A stretch of DNA of 64,000 nt, taken from Giardia intestinalis (lineage: Eukaryota). Below are positions 1 to 10,024 of this stretch, one piece after another (positions within the stretch are counted from its first letter, which is position 1; each line of letters opens with the position of its first letter). The stretch lies in NCBI GenBank assembly GCA_000002435.2, contig CM018793.1; one strand, given 5' to 3'. The position numbers and the translations under genes are program-made. The notes under the pieces were generated by a model. That model saw only the letters and a program-made list of their open reading frames with translations, was not told where the DNA came from and ran no database searches.

Positions 1-1785
1 AAGCGCGCGATCGGCCTCTGTGTCGTGTCGATTGTCGAGAAGGAGATAAATGAGGTCAAACCTGCTCAACAGTGATGGGGGAAGATTTAGGTTTTGTACG
101 ACTGTACGCTTTGGATTGTAGCAAGAGTCGATGGGATTGGCTGCAGCTAGAATAGATGTTTTGGCTGAAAGGGTAGCCAGTATCCCTGCCTTCGCAATGG
201 AAAGTTGACCATGCTCCATTACCTCATGCAGCGAGGAGCGTACATCTTCAGAAGACTTGTCAAATTCATCAAGACAGCATATTCCGCCATCGGAGAGTAA
301 AAGGGCGCCTGGATCCAAGTAGAACTCGTGCGTTTCAGGGTGCCGGGACACAGTTGCTGTCAGTCCAGCTTGCGAAGAACCTTTACCGCTAGTATAGACC
401 GAACGCGGTGAAATCTTGGCTACATATTGCAACAGCTTTGACTTGGCCAGGCCGGGGTCTCCAACCAACAGAACATGTATTTGGCCTCTATATGAATCCT
501 TCTGTACGCCTCCAAAACATTGGAGAAGAAGCCCAGTTTTGATATCAGAGTAAGCTGGCCCAAAAATGCTGGGAGCAATTGAATTGATAAGCTTCAAGAA
601 GCGCTTGTCGCTTCCAGAATCTGTTTCTGGGATCATATCTGGGAATAAACGTGTCACGTGATTATAGTACTCAGCGTAGGACGTATTTGGATCGAGAGAT
701 TTTAGTCTTTCGTAATCAGTTACGTCACTATCTTTCTTGGCACTTAGATAGCTATCTGTTGCAGCTGAGTCAGAGATAAATATGGATAGCAACTCTATGA
801 CAGGTCTAAGCGCCGCGTTACACACTGCCTGAGACTGCTTCGGGCGTGTCTGTCGGAGGCGGTAAATCCCAACGACAACAACGCGGTCTCCAGGCCTAAT
901 TCCACTTAAATCAAGATCGTAGGCGACAAAGCTGCAGGAGATTGGCGGTGTGCCCGATGTCAACTGATCTGGGGCCTCCTGTATCTTGATGACCCGTTTA
1001 TCAATAAAGGTGCACATATTGTGAACGATTTCAATGCTCTGGAGACTGTCGCAGTTAGTGCATTGTATTGGCGATATTATCTTCCCACGCTTGACACTGG
1101 CCTTCTTCACGTCCTTGCAAACAGTGCACTGGAAGCACGCCTCTACCATCTCCGGAACCCTCGAGGAGATGTTGCTAACCATCCCACTGACGGAGATCAG
1201 ACTGTCTGCATGCATGGGTCCTAGGGTTCGGAGGGACTGGCTATCGTCTTCGGGGAAGTTGACAGGGTAACAGCGAAGGTGCAAGTTGTTAGCGACTCTC
1301 GAGTAGTAACTGATTGCATTCTTGTACTGAGTGCTACTGAGGAAGACGTCTCTGGAAATATTGGGGTTTTCATCCCAGAGCCTCTTCAAATGCTCGTCAC
1401 GCATTTGCACGACAATGGAGAGCGCGACCTGGTGGAGAACTAGGTCGAAGACTTGAAACACGTCCGGAGTTGTTAGTAAGGTGGTGTAGAGCATCCGATG
1501 AGAGTCGTCAGGGCTATTGTGAAGGGTAAGTAAATCGATATCAACGCAGCTTTTCCCGCGCTCGATACGATCCTTTATGGAGGCAATAAGTTCATCTGAA
1601 GATAAAAATGAATGCATCGCCCGCTGCAGCGCAGAAAGGTCGCCCGTAAAGCCCTCTTGCAGCTCTCTTAAGTTCCTGTTGGTGGGGCGTACTGGGTCTA
1701 TGTGAGACATCATTGAAGCAGACATGTGATTCTGTGCGGAGGGTCCAAGAATAGGAGGATGAGTGGGGATCCTATCGGGTTCCAT
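1..1785 (-). CDS. MCM2-7 family replicative helicase subunit (N-terminal ~595 aa; C-terminus lies beyond window start)
   Basis: By-hand reverse-complement translation shows an uninterrupted ORF from ATG at 1785-1783 (in-frame TAA immediately upstream, 'ttaaATGg' context) running off the left edge. It carries a C4 zinc finger (CFQCTVCKD...CTNCDS), the MCM Walker A 'IHVLLVGDPGLAKSKLLQYV', 'YTSGKGSSQAGLTA', Walker B 'CCLDEFDK' and arginine finger 'SRFDLIYLL'. It is absent from the ORF track because no stop lies in the window. Confidence 0.88.
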   Translation of the reverse strand, partial: MEPDRIPTHPPILGPSAQNHMSASMMSHIDPVRPTNRNLRELQEGFTGDLSALQRAMHSFLSSDELIASIKDRIERGKSCVDIDLLTLHNSPDDSHRMLYTTLLTTPDVFQVFDLVLHQVALSIVVQMRDEHLKRLWDENPNISRDVFLSSTQYKNAISYYSRVANNLHLRCYPVNFPEDDSQSLRTLGPMHADSLISVSGMVSNISSRVPEMVEACFQCTVCKDVKKASVKRGKIISPIQCTNCDSLQSIEIVHNMCTFIDKRVIKIQEAPDQLTSGTPPISCSFVAYDLDLSGIRPGDRVVVVGIYRLRQTRPKQSQAVCNAALRPVIELLSIFISDSAATDSYLSAKKDSDVTDYERLKSLDPNTSYAEYYNHVTRLFPDMIPETDSGSDKRFLKLINSIAPSIFGPAYSDIKTGLLLQCFGGVQKDSYRGQIHVLLVGDPGLAKSKLLQYVAKISPRSVYTSGKGSSQAGLTATVSRHPETHEFYLDPGALLLSDGGICCLDEFDKSSEDVRSSLHEVMEHGQLSIAKAGILATLSAKTSILAAANPIDSCYNPKRTVVQNLNLPPSLLSRFDLIYLLLDNRHDTEADRAL

Positions 1786-2083
1786 TTAACTGGGTAAGGT
1801 GCCAATTAGAATTATTAAGATCCTATCTATCTGTATCTCCTCGCTGCTCTCCCTTGCATGATAGTTGGCGGCCTCTCAGGTTCTCTCTTAGTCCCAGTAA
1901 GAGCTTGTTCTCACTGTTTGCTGGTCACCTAAATTTACACAAAGTCTCCAGCTCGCCTACAAGGACTTGCTTGGTTGGCTCAGTCACTGCAGAGCCTCAC
2001 AGCACCCATGTGTATGCCTTAGTACCCATGGCCCTTGTGGTCTAGTTGCGCTGCAAATTTCAGATTGCAGAAGCAAGAAAAAA

Positions 2084-3385
2084 ATGGATGCTAAGCGCCT
2101 GCAACAGGAGCTTTCCGGGGCCAAAACAGAAATTTCTCTTTTGAAACAGGAGTTGCAAGCAGCAAAAGATGAGATAGATCGCCTGGAAACGGTGAACTCT
2201 AACCTTATGACCTTTACGGCCCAGGCGTCAACAAAGTCTGCAGACGATGGCCCTCGTCTGACAGAACTGGAGCTACAGATTTCCGAGTTGAAAACACAAA
2301 AGGACACGGCAGAAAGTGACCTATCTAGGGTCACGGCTACCAATCTGGCGCTCCAATCGGAACTGCAGGCTTATCGACTTGATAATGAAAGCCTGCGGCG
2401 CGATGTCATTGAATTTAAACAACAGCTTAGCGCATTAGCGTCGCAAGGAGTAGGAGCAGCACAGCCCCATTCAGATGAGGTCATTGGCCTCAGACAGCAG
2501 GTATCTAGGCTTGAGCAAGCCCTAGAAAAGTACAGATTTACGTCCTCTGACCATTCTGCTTGGGAAGAGAGATGCTATCAGGCCGAGTCCCGCATCACTG
2601 AACTAGAGGTCCTTCTAGCCGGGGCAGAGAAGTACGCAAACATGTATCAGGAGACACAGCGTCTTCTTGAGCATGCGCGCGCAGAGTTAGCACGTCAGGC
2701 ATCTAGTACTGGCCAATCACCCCGGGAACTCGAAGATCTATTGTCTGAGTACAAGACAAAGCTCTTAGCTGCAAATGAGCACAACAAACGCATATCAGAG
2801 CAATATGATAAACTTCTGGAAATCAGAAACAAGCAGGACGAGCGGCTGAAAAGGATGGGAGAAGTCCAGCGGCAGAACGATACTCTCGCTATTCAGACTG
2901 ATATTCTAAATGCAGAGCTAACAAAGCTTAGACTCAAGGAGAAGGAATATAGCAACATCCTTTCATCTGTCGACTCCCACAATCTGCGAAACGATGAACG
3001 GCTTAGGGAGCTTGAACAAAGGCACCGCCTGGAATTGAGCCGCTGCGAAGAGGTGATTGCTGGCCTTCGAGAGGACAAGTCGCGTCTTGTTGAACAGATT
3101 CAGGCGCAGAGAGCAGATTTCCACATCTTTACACCAGAACGGCAGTCGCTCCCACGTGGCGGAGATAGTGGCAATTTTGATCCTCCTACCAAAGCCTCAC
3201 GCCCTATGTCTGCTCAGCTGTATCAGATGAGTGCAAGAAGTCCAAATTTAACTGGTTATCACGATGGTCCTGTGGATCAGCATGCTCTAAACGCTTCGCG
3301 GCACCGCTCACGGCCCTCGACGGCCCTCAAGGCGACGACGCAGTTACGGCTAGCTTCGCGGACCTTGCGAAACATAATGAGCTAG
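2084..3385 (+). CDS. coiled-coil protein (433 aa), heptad-rich throughout
   Basis: Track ORF 1967..3385 starts at a TTG. The first ATG is at 2084 in 'gcaagaaaaaaATGgat' AT-rich initiator context. The sequence is Q/E/L/K/R-rich with repeated ELxxLKxxL heptads; no catalytic motifs. Confidence 0.6.
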   Translation: MDAKRLQQELSGAKTEISLLKQELQAAKDEIDRLETVNSNLMTFTAQASTKSADDGPRLTELELQISELKTQKDTAESDLSRVTATNLALQSELQAYRLDNESLRRDVIEFKQQLSALASQGVGAAQPHSDEVIGLRQQVSRLEQALEKYRFTSSDHSAWEERCYQAESRITELEVLLAGAEKYANMYQETQRLLEHARAELARQASSTGQSPRELEDLLSEYKTKLLAANEHNKRISEQYDKLLEIRNKQDERLKRMGEVQRQNDTLAIQTDILNAELTKLRLKEKEYSNILSSVDSHNLRNDERLRELEQRHRLELSRCEEVIAGLREDKSRLVEQIQAQRADFHIFTPERQSLPRGGDSGNFDPPTKASRPMSAQLYQMSARSPNLTGYHDGPVDQHALNASRHRSRPSTALKATTQLRLASRTLRNIMS

Positions 3386-3466
3386 CGTTCCACATACTGA
3401 AGTGTAAATCGAAGCCTTTTTGCTTCCTGTCGTCCTTCCACGTGGTGGGTGGGGCACTTTAAATAA

Positions 3467-6400
3467 ATGCAACTACACCCTGTATCGGCCTCTCTGTCAG
3501 GTCTCACGCTCTCTGCGTACAGCGAAGATGACATACGGAAACTAGCTACTTGCCGCGTTGTCACGGAGCAAGGACTTGATAATGTCGGCCTTCCTATCCG
3601 GGGAGGTTACTACGATCCAGCAATGGGCCCCCGGCTTTTCTACGATGTTTGTGAGACATGCGGTCTTCGGTGGAAACACTGTCCAGGACACGCAGGATAT
3701 GTTGAACTCCCGGTTTATTGCTACAATCACTTCTTCTTTCGTTATACCTTACAACTATATAAGCTTGTGTGTCATTCTTGCCACAGATTTCTTATAACGG
3801 AGTTGCAGGCGCTAACCATTGAAACAGGCCTACTTTTGTTGGATGCAGGGCTAGTGTGTGATATGCACCAGATCTTTTCCATCCTCAGAGGTACATCGCA
3901 CACTTCCCTTGCATTAACTCTGGCAAAGCTTCGACAGAAGGCGTATGACTATCTCTCACACAGCCGTCCAGTCCAGTATACGTCCTCAATCATAATGCTC
4001 AGAAATCAGCTTCAGACTTTCCTACTACAGCTCAAGCCACCAGCTGCCTGCCCTCACTGTGCATCCCCCTTTACGCAAGCAGTGAAGCGTAGTGCATTCA
4101 ACATTTACCTCATTCCTCCAAAGACTAGGCAACTTCGGTCCTCATCAAGAAAGCAGAAAAAGCAGGTACCAGCAGAGACTAAGCCGGTTGCGCAAGGCCA
4201 GGACTCCACTGAAGATAAGGAAATCTCGAAGCCAGATAAGCAGGTTGTTTTGTCTGATATGCTTTACTGTACGCCCATCATGGTGCTTAGAGAACTCAAT
4301 GCCGCTGTGGCTAAGAATCAACATCTCTTTGACCTTTTATTTGGTGAACCTATCTATCACAGCTCAGAAGCTTCAGCGGACAGGGCCGGTGCGACGACAC
4401 CAAACTACGATCCAGACTATGCCTTCATGCGCTCTGTAGCAATAAAGAATATTATAGGTGATGCTGGTTGTGAGCTGTCCTTCCCTCAATATCGAAAGAA
4501 GTTCCTTCCTAGCACATTGTTTATAAAGACTCTCCTAGTTCCGCCCAATCGCCAGCGCCCCTCACTAATGCTTAATCAAGCGTTCATAGATCATCCAATG
4601 AACACTCACCTGCTTGCGATTCTAACAATTTGCAATACCATAGAGCAGCTCAGGAGCAGTCCTGAGCTTGCTGAGTTTGTTTCAAAGCATGCCCTAGACG
4701 ATATCAACGTGCGTGCAAGCCACGTGCCATCCTCGGTAACCGATGGAATAGACGAGTTAGGAGGCATAGGAATGTTCCGCACAGATAGATATAACTTTGT
4801 CAAGGATCCAGAGCTTCTTGCCAACGGGATGGTAGAGCTATCAACTTCTCAGAAGCCTGTCCCAGAAGCGCTTGTTGAAGCTATGCTTATTCTTCAGCTG
4901 CATGTTTCGCGGTATCTAGACGGAACAGTGCTTTCAAAAACTATCTTCTCCAGCGGAATCAAGCAGTTGCTTGAGAAAAAAGAGGGTCTTTTTCGGATGA
5001 ACATTATGGGAAAGCGTGGGAACTACGCTGGCCGTTCCGTTATTGCTCCTGATGCTAATTTGGACACAGATGAGATAGGCCTGCCTGAGTACTTTGCCAA
5101 GAAGCTCACCTTCCCAGAGCCAATCAACGAGTACAATGTGGAGCTCATGGCTCGACTGATTATCAATGGCCCAACATACCCCGGTGCATCCTTGCTTATT
5201 GATGAAAGTGGGTCTCGCGTGCTTCTTACACAGCTTTCTTATGAGCAGCGAAAGGCTCTTGCACACACCCTACTCGTCGACTTCAGCAGGGAGCCAGTCG
5301 CTCCTACTGTCGAAGAATCAGAAGAAGTCCAGGCCGCCCTTGACACCAATCCGGCGCTGCAGAATATGCGGTCTTACGATCTGCGTGGAATGAAAACATC
5401 CTTTGCAGACACTCTTAAGCCCCCGAAGATTCTGTTACGACATACACTGCCGAATGACTTTGTTATCCTGAACAGGCAGCCCACACTACACAAGCACTCA
5501 ATGATTGCTTTACGCGTTCGCGTCTTACCCAGCAATGCGCAAACTCTTCGGTTTCATTTTGCTTCTTGCAAGGGTCTAAACGCGGACTTTGATGGGGACG
5601 AGTGCTGCGTCCTCAAGCCGCAGACCCATGAGGCGGCCTCAGAGTATGCCAACTTGGTCCACGCCGACGCTCATTTTATCTCTGTTACATCTGGAGAGCC
5701 TATCCGGGGTCTCATTCAAGATCACGTGATCGGGGGTATTTTTCTCTGCTCCATGGGGACGTTCCTCGATTTTGGGTCACTCTGTGAGTATATCATGGTA
5801 GCCACTGGAAGTAATAAGCTTTCAAGCTTCGAGCAGTCATCTTTGCAAAGTCGCTCAAAGGAGCAACTCTTGGGGCTAGACCTGATCTCGAAACAAACGA
5901 CCACAGAAAATGTATTTGGCTCTTTGAGTGACATGAAGTATATGGGTGTGGCAAAGAACAAGACAGTCATGCGTGCAAAGTCCGACGTTAACATTGCATT
6001 AGGCAGAAAATATGGAGCATCCAAGCTGCAATCAGAGAGACCTATCGATGTCGGTAGCTTAGTATCAAGTGCTCAGCCTGTGTCTAGACATCCAGCTTCG
6101 TTCTTCGAGGACTATCCCCTTTCTGACGCAACTTCTGTGCCACAACTCACAGACATGGGCGCATATGACGGGTTTCATACCCACCTTACACCTGCTATTA
6201 AACCATCAGCCAGGTCAGAAGAAGTCAACGCATTTTCAACTTGCAAAGTGACGGTCATTCCAGACCAGCATCTTTTCACCAAAGAGAATGAGGATTTCAT
6301 GTTCGTTCCTCAGCCAGCTATTGTCTATCCTGTTGCACGTTGGACCGGAAAGGCGGTCATCAGCTCAATGCTGCACAAGGTCTCTTGTCAACGAGAACCA

Positions 6401-9400
6401 ATAAATTACACTGGAAGCATCAAAATACCTACAGATATATGGGGTCCTTTTCGGGAGACAGAGGCAAGACTTGTCATCATAAACAACACCCTTCTAACAG
6501 GAATAGTAGACAAGCAGCATATTGCCACCGTACCGCACGGCTTAGCACATGCAGTCTTCGAGCTTTATGGACATAACAGGTGTGGATGGTTCTTAAGCAA
6601 CTTCGGACGATTGGCTACCTATGTTCTTCAGCGGCACGGGTTCACCTGTTCAGTTGAGGACATGGTATTGCGTGACACGGCTGAGAAAGCCCGCTATAAG
6701 CTGTGTGACGATGTCCTTGCCAGTGGGGCTATTCGCACGGCTGAATTTCTTTGCGAATACCTCACTTTGACAGGGTTATTAGGTAACCTTGAAGCTAGTG
6801 ATGCTAGCTTTCTCATGAAGTTTGCAGAAAAAGGATCTGTTGGCTTGAAGGCGCTATCAGAGAAGGATCGTCTTCGTATCTATAGCATTTTACGAGACTC
6901 ACTATCACTAGACACCACTATAGAGGCGCGTTTAGATAACCACATCAGCAATGAAGCCAATCTGATTACCACAAACCTCATGAAGATCTGCAGTCCATCC
7001 AATCTTACCCTAAAGATGCGCTCATCCATCTCTGGCAACAACCCATATGGAACACCTAGAATAGTAACGCCATCTAGAGCCTACCTGTGCAGCAGAAACA
7101 TGGCGTCACAGAAGTCCATCAACTGCTTGGCATATATGGTTCTCAGCGGAGCAAAGGGCTCTACCGTTAACCTCCAGATGATGACGACCTGTCTTGGTCA
7201 GCAGAACCTTGAAGGACGTCGCGTGCCGTCAACACAAACAGGAAAGACTCTTCCGTCGCACATCCCATATGAGCACTGTGAGCTTGTTCAGGGAGGGTAT
7301 GTAATTGATCGATTCCTGACGGGTATTCGTCCATCATCATTTTTCTTCCACTGCCAGGCAGGCCGTGAAGGCCTCATTGACACAGCCATTAAAACAGCCA
7401 GCTCTGGATATTTCCAGCGTGTGCTCGTCAAGAACTTGGAGGGATTGGTTGTTGCGTACGATGGTACGGTACGTCGCAGTGATAACATGCTGGTTCAACT
7501 GCTCTATGGAGGTGATGGTGTCGATACCACCAAGACCTCATACTTACAAGAATTTGAATTCATGTACCAAAATCAGAAGCTTTACATAGACCGCTTCATC
7601 CCAGATATGTTTTACGATGGTAGATATCTTTCTGATAGCGAGGCGGTTACTTCCCTTGCCAAGCAAGTGCGTCATGACATGAAGCATGGAAAGCAGCCGA
7701 CCGATAAATGGCAGGCCCTTCGCGGACTGTATGAACGTTACACAGGTGCGTCACTGCGCACTTCCTTTGAGAACCTCATTCACAATTCCAATAGGCTGGC
7801 CTCTGCTTTACGAGAACGGCACGAGGTGCACAACAGTAACCTTGCACGGTCGCATAATCTCATATCAACTTTGAACAGCAAGGCCTGCGAGCTTGTTGAG
7901 AAGTACGTTACACTCTATAAGAAGGGGCTTGATGAGGCAAACCTCGTTACTGAAACGCACATTCTTCAACCCACAAACAAGGAGCGTGACAAGCTGGTGA
8001 AATACTTAAAGGCAATATATCTTCCGGAGACCTCCAAGCACAATAAGGACACTCTTTTCGACCACATGACAATTCAGGACTTGGCAGAAATGTACACTGC
8101 GTTCCAGGAAATCCCTATTCACATGATTCTATCCCCGTACCTCTATCTAGGCTCTACTTCCCCAAGCTTCTCCAAGGCTCTTAATGAGTACATCTCTCAG
8201 AAGCAAAGCGAAAAGCAGACACAGGCGATGGGCGGCCTCAGCTTTGACTCCGCCTATTTCAAGCTCTTAGCATACACCAAGTTTATTCGCAGCCTTGTTG
8301 CTCCTGGGAGTGCTGTGGGTGTTATCGCAGCCCAAAGCACGGGCGAGCCATCCACTCAGCTAACCTTGAACACTTTCCACCTTGCTGGTCATGGAGGAGT
8401 CAATGCAACGATGGGTGTTCCAAGGCTGAGGGAGATCATCATGACACGGAACACGTCGTCCCCCATCATAACGATGTCGTTCAAGGATAAGCATCGAGTT
8501 TCTGTTCTCAAAGGAGACTCCCTCCATCACAAGACCGTCAGCCTAGGCCCTAACGAAACTATGAGGGCGTGCAAAAGCCTTCAGCAGCAATTACGAAAGA
8601 TCTATCTTCGCGACGTGCTTCGGAGCTTTGTCCTCAGAGAATGCCCTATCTCTGACGGGTCGGTACGCTACGAGCTTACCATGAAGCTGCTGACTCTTTC
8701 TGAATTGTTGCATGAATTTAATTTCAACGTGGTTGTCTTGAAGAAGCTCTTCGCCGTTGCCATTCCAAAGCATTTAGCTCGTGTGCTTACAAAGGAAGTG
8801 CTTGCGCACAAGGCGACGATCCAGAGCCTTCAAAATAAGCTCCCGTCGGACACGTCGTTTCCCGAGTATGTTGAGAAGGTAGCAGGCCCGCGGAACTCTA
8901 CTGGTAAAGAGGATAGTGACGCCCAGGAAGATACTTCTAAGGAGAATAGCAGTGTAAGTAACCCAACCGACTCCGAGCCTAACCTGGACACAGATGCCTC
9001 TGATACTACTGATTCCACCCAACATGCGCAAGAACAACACGATACTGAAGAATCTGCGCTTCACGCAGAAACAGACCCCTCACTCAACGATATAGACCAA
9101 CATAGAGGACATGAAGCGTTAAGCCTTATCGATTCTAATATTAACCTCAGCGCAAAGGCCAAGGACTTTCTAAAAGAATGGGTCTTTCCCGATATTGACA
9201 AGCTTATTGAAGTGGCACAAAAGGCCGTCAACACTACTTGCATTACTCTTAAACGCATCAGCTTCACACTAGAGGACACTGCGTTGGGCGTCTCACCAGA
9301 TCAACTGCCTCTCTCTGTCACTATTCAGTTCGTCAACAGCGACCCGAGCCATGTGATTGCGTTGGCCACCATCGAAAAAGCGATCCGCTCACTCGTGCTG

Positions 9401-9895
9401 AAGGAGGTACGTGGCATTACCAGGTGCTTCATCAGATACGAGCTTCCTGCAGATCGCTACGTCATGGACATTGAAGGTGGGAATCTGCGGGCTCTGTTTT
9501 ACCTTAGCAATCCTTTCATCAACTTCGATAATATTTATACTAACAATATCAGCCAGATCTTCGAAATTTACGGGATTGAAGCAGCAAGAAATGCTATCAT
9601 TGAGGAAATCCATCGAGTGTTCAGCACATATCACATTGAGGTCGACGAACGCCACCTTTCGTTGATAGCAGATAGTATGACCCTGTCGGGATGCGTCCGA
9701 GGGCTGAACCGTCTTGAAATGCGGCACCAAACAGAAGAACTCCTGAAGGCCAGCTTTGAGTCGGCATGCACCTCTCTTGCCGCAGGAGCACTGACCTCTG
9801 GGTTTGACTCACTGCGGGCTCCCGCCGGTGCTGTTACGGTGGGCCAATACCCCTCTCAAGGCACTGGAAGCTTCGATCTTCTGACTCAGCTATAA
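3467..9895 (+). CDS. RPA1: DNA-directed RNA polymerase largest subunit, most likely RNA polymerase I (A190-like), 2142 aa
   Basis: ATG at 3467 in 'taaataaATG' context. It has the N-terminal zinc-binding clamp (YDPAMGP...CETCG...CPGHAGYVELPVYCYNHFFF), 'NRQPTLHKHSMIALRVRVLP', the catalytic 'NADFDGDE' loop, and C-terminal domain H 'GQYPSQGTGSFDLL' followed immediately by the stop. There is no heptad CTD, so it is not RPB1. The 'NRQPTLHK..RVLP..TLR.H.A' and 'PVY..FFF' patterns fit the Pol I subunit better than Pol III. A large acidic S/T/D/E-rich insertion lies around nt 8900-9120. Confidence 0.8.
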   Translation: MQLHPVSASLSGLTLSAYSEDDIRKLATCRVVTEQGLDNVGLPIRGGYYDPAMGPRLFYDVCETCGLRWKHCPGHAGYVELPVYCYNHFFFRYTLQLYKLVCHSCHRFLITELQALTIETGLLLLDAGLVCDMHQIFSILRGTSHTSLALTLAKLRQKAYDYLSHSRPVQYTSSIIMLRNQLQTFLLQLKPPAACPHCASPFTQAVKRSAFNIYLIPPKTRQLRSSSRKQKKQVPAETKPVAQGQDSTEDKEISKPDKQVVLSDMLYCTPIMVLRELNAAVAKNQHLFDLLFGEPIYHSSEASADRAGATTPNYDPDYAFMRSVAIKNIIGDAGCELSFPQYRKKFLPSTLFIKTLLVPPNRQRPSLMLNQAFIDHPMNTHLLAILTICNTIEQLRSSPELAEFVSKHALDDINVRASHVPSSVTDGIDELGGIGMFRTDRYNFVKDPELLANGMVELSTSQKPVPEALVEAMLILQLHVSRYLDGTVLSKTIFSSGIKQLLEKKEGLFRMNIMGKRGNYAGRSVIAPDANLDTDEIGLPEYFAKKLTFPEPINEYNVELMARLIINGPTYPGASLLIDESGSRVLLTQLSYEQRKALAHTLLVDFSREPVAPTVEESEEVQAALDTNPALQNMRSYDLRGMKTSFADTLKPPKILLRHTLPNDFVILNRQPTLHKHSMIALRVRVLPSNAQTLRFHFASCKGLNADFDGDECCVLKPQTHEAASEYANLVHADAHFISVTSGEPIRGLIQDHVIGGIFLCSMGTFLDFGSLCEYIMVATGSNKLSSFEQSSLQSRSKEQLLGLDLISKQTTTENVFGSLSDMKYMGVAKNKTVMRAKSDVNIALGRKYGASKLQSERPIDVGSLVSSAQPVSRHPASFFEDYPLSDATSVPQLTDMGAYDGFHTHLTPAIKPSARSEEVNAFSTCKVTVIPDQHLFTKENEDFMFVPQPAIVYPVARWTGKAVISSMLHKVSCQREPINYTGSIKIPTDIWGPFRETEARLVIINNTLLTGIVDKQHIATVPHGLAHAVFELYGHNRCGWFLSNFGRLATYVLQRHGFTCSVEDMVLRDTAEKARYKLCDDVLASGAIRTAEFLCEYLTLTGLLGNLEASDASFLMKFAEKGSVGLKALSEKDRLRIYSILRDSLSLDTTIEARLDNHISNEANLITTNLMKICSPSNLTLKMRSSISGNNPYGTPRIVTPSRAYLCSRNMASQKSINCLAYMVLSGAKGSTVNLQMMTTCLGQQNLEGRRVPSTQTGKTLPSHIPYEHCELVQGGYVIDRFLTGIRPSSFFFHCQAGREGLIDTAIKTASSGYFQRVLVKNLEGLVVAYDGTVRRSDNMLVQLLYGGDGVDTTKTSYLQEFEFMYQNQKLYIDRFIPDMFYDGRYLSDSEAVTSLAKQVRHDMKHGKQPTDKWQALRGLYERYTGASLRTSFENLIHNSNRLASALRERHEVHNSNLARSHNLISTLNSKACELVEKYVTLYKKGLDEANLVTETHILQPTNKERDKLVKYLKAIYLPETSKHNKDTLFDHMTIQDLAEMYTAFQEIPIHMILSPYLYLGSTSPSFSKALNEYISQKQSEKQTQAMGGLSFDSAYFKLLAYTKFIRSLVAPGSAVGVIAAQSTGEPSTQLTLNTFHLAGHGGVNATMGVPRLREIIMTRNTSSPIITMSFKDKHRVSVLKGDSLHHKTVSLGPNETMRACKSLQQQLRKIYLRDVLRSFVLRECPISDGSVRYELTMKLLTLSELLHEFNFNVVVLKKLFAVAIPKHLARVLTKEVLAHKATIQSLQNKLPSDTSFPEYVEKVAGPRNSTGKEDSDAQEDTSKENSSVSNPTDSEPNLDTDASDTTDSTQHAQEQHDTEESALHAETDPSLNDIDQHRGHEALSLIDSNINLSAKAKDFLKEWVFPDIDKLIEVAQKAVNTTCITLKRISFTLEDTALGVSPDQLPLSVTIQFVNSDPSHVIALATIEKAIRSLVLKEVRGITRCFIRYELPADRYVMDIEGGNLRALFYLSNPFINFDNIYTNNISQIFEIYGIEAARNAIIEEIHRVFSTYHIEVDERHLSLIADSMTLSGCVRGLNRLEMRHQTEELLKASFESACTSLAAGALTSGFDSLRAPAGAVTVGQYPSQGTGSFDLLTQL

Positions 9896-10024
9896 AATAT
9901 CCAACGCAAACAGCCAATTATCTGTTTACAATCCAATACTAGGATATCCTACTCGATTCTTCTTTACTACAGATCCTGTGGACGCGTTTTAAGAAACAAT
10001 CTATTCTGGAGACACCGCTCGGTG

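Noticed and set aside
2030-2075. tRNA-like D-arm string 'gcccttgtggtctagttgcg' upstream of the coiled-coil gene
   Set aside because: No T-loop (GTTCRANYC), no anticodon stem, and the D-stem is not complementary. It lies within 40 nt of a protein start. Not a tRNA.
1967-2083. N-terminal extensions of several track ORFs (1967, 12448..13050, 21803, 29360, 30099, 33219..38135, 50175..56300)
   Set aside because: Inspection of the nucleotides shows these ORFs begin at TTG or GTG. The extension sequences look non-coding, and the first in-frame ATG has an AT-rich initiator. Starts were re-anchored.
9896-10024. Possible small RNA in the 129-bp convergent spacer after the RNA polymerase gene
   Set aside because: Too short and lacking any recognisable box motifs or stable stem I could identify by eye. 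Left as plain 3' UTR overlap.
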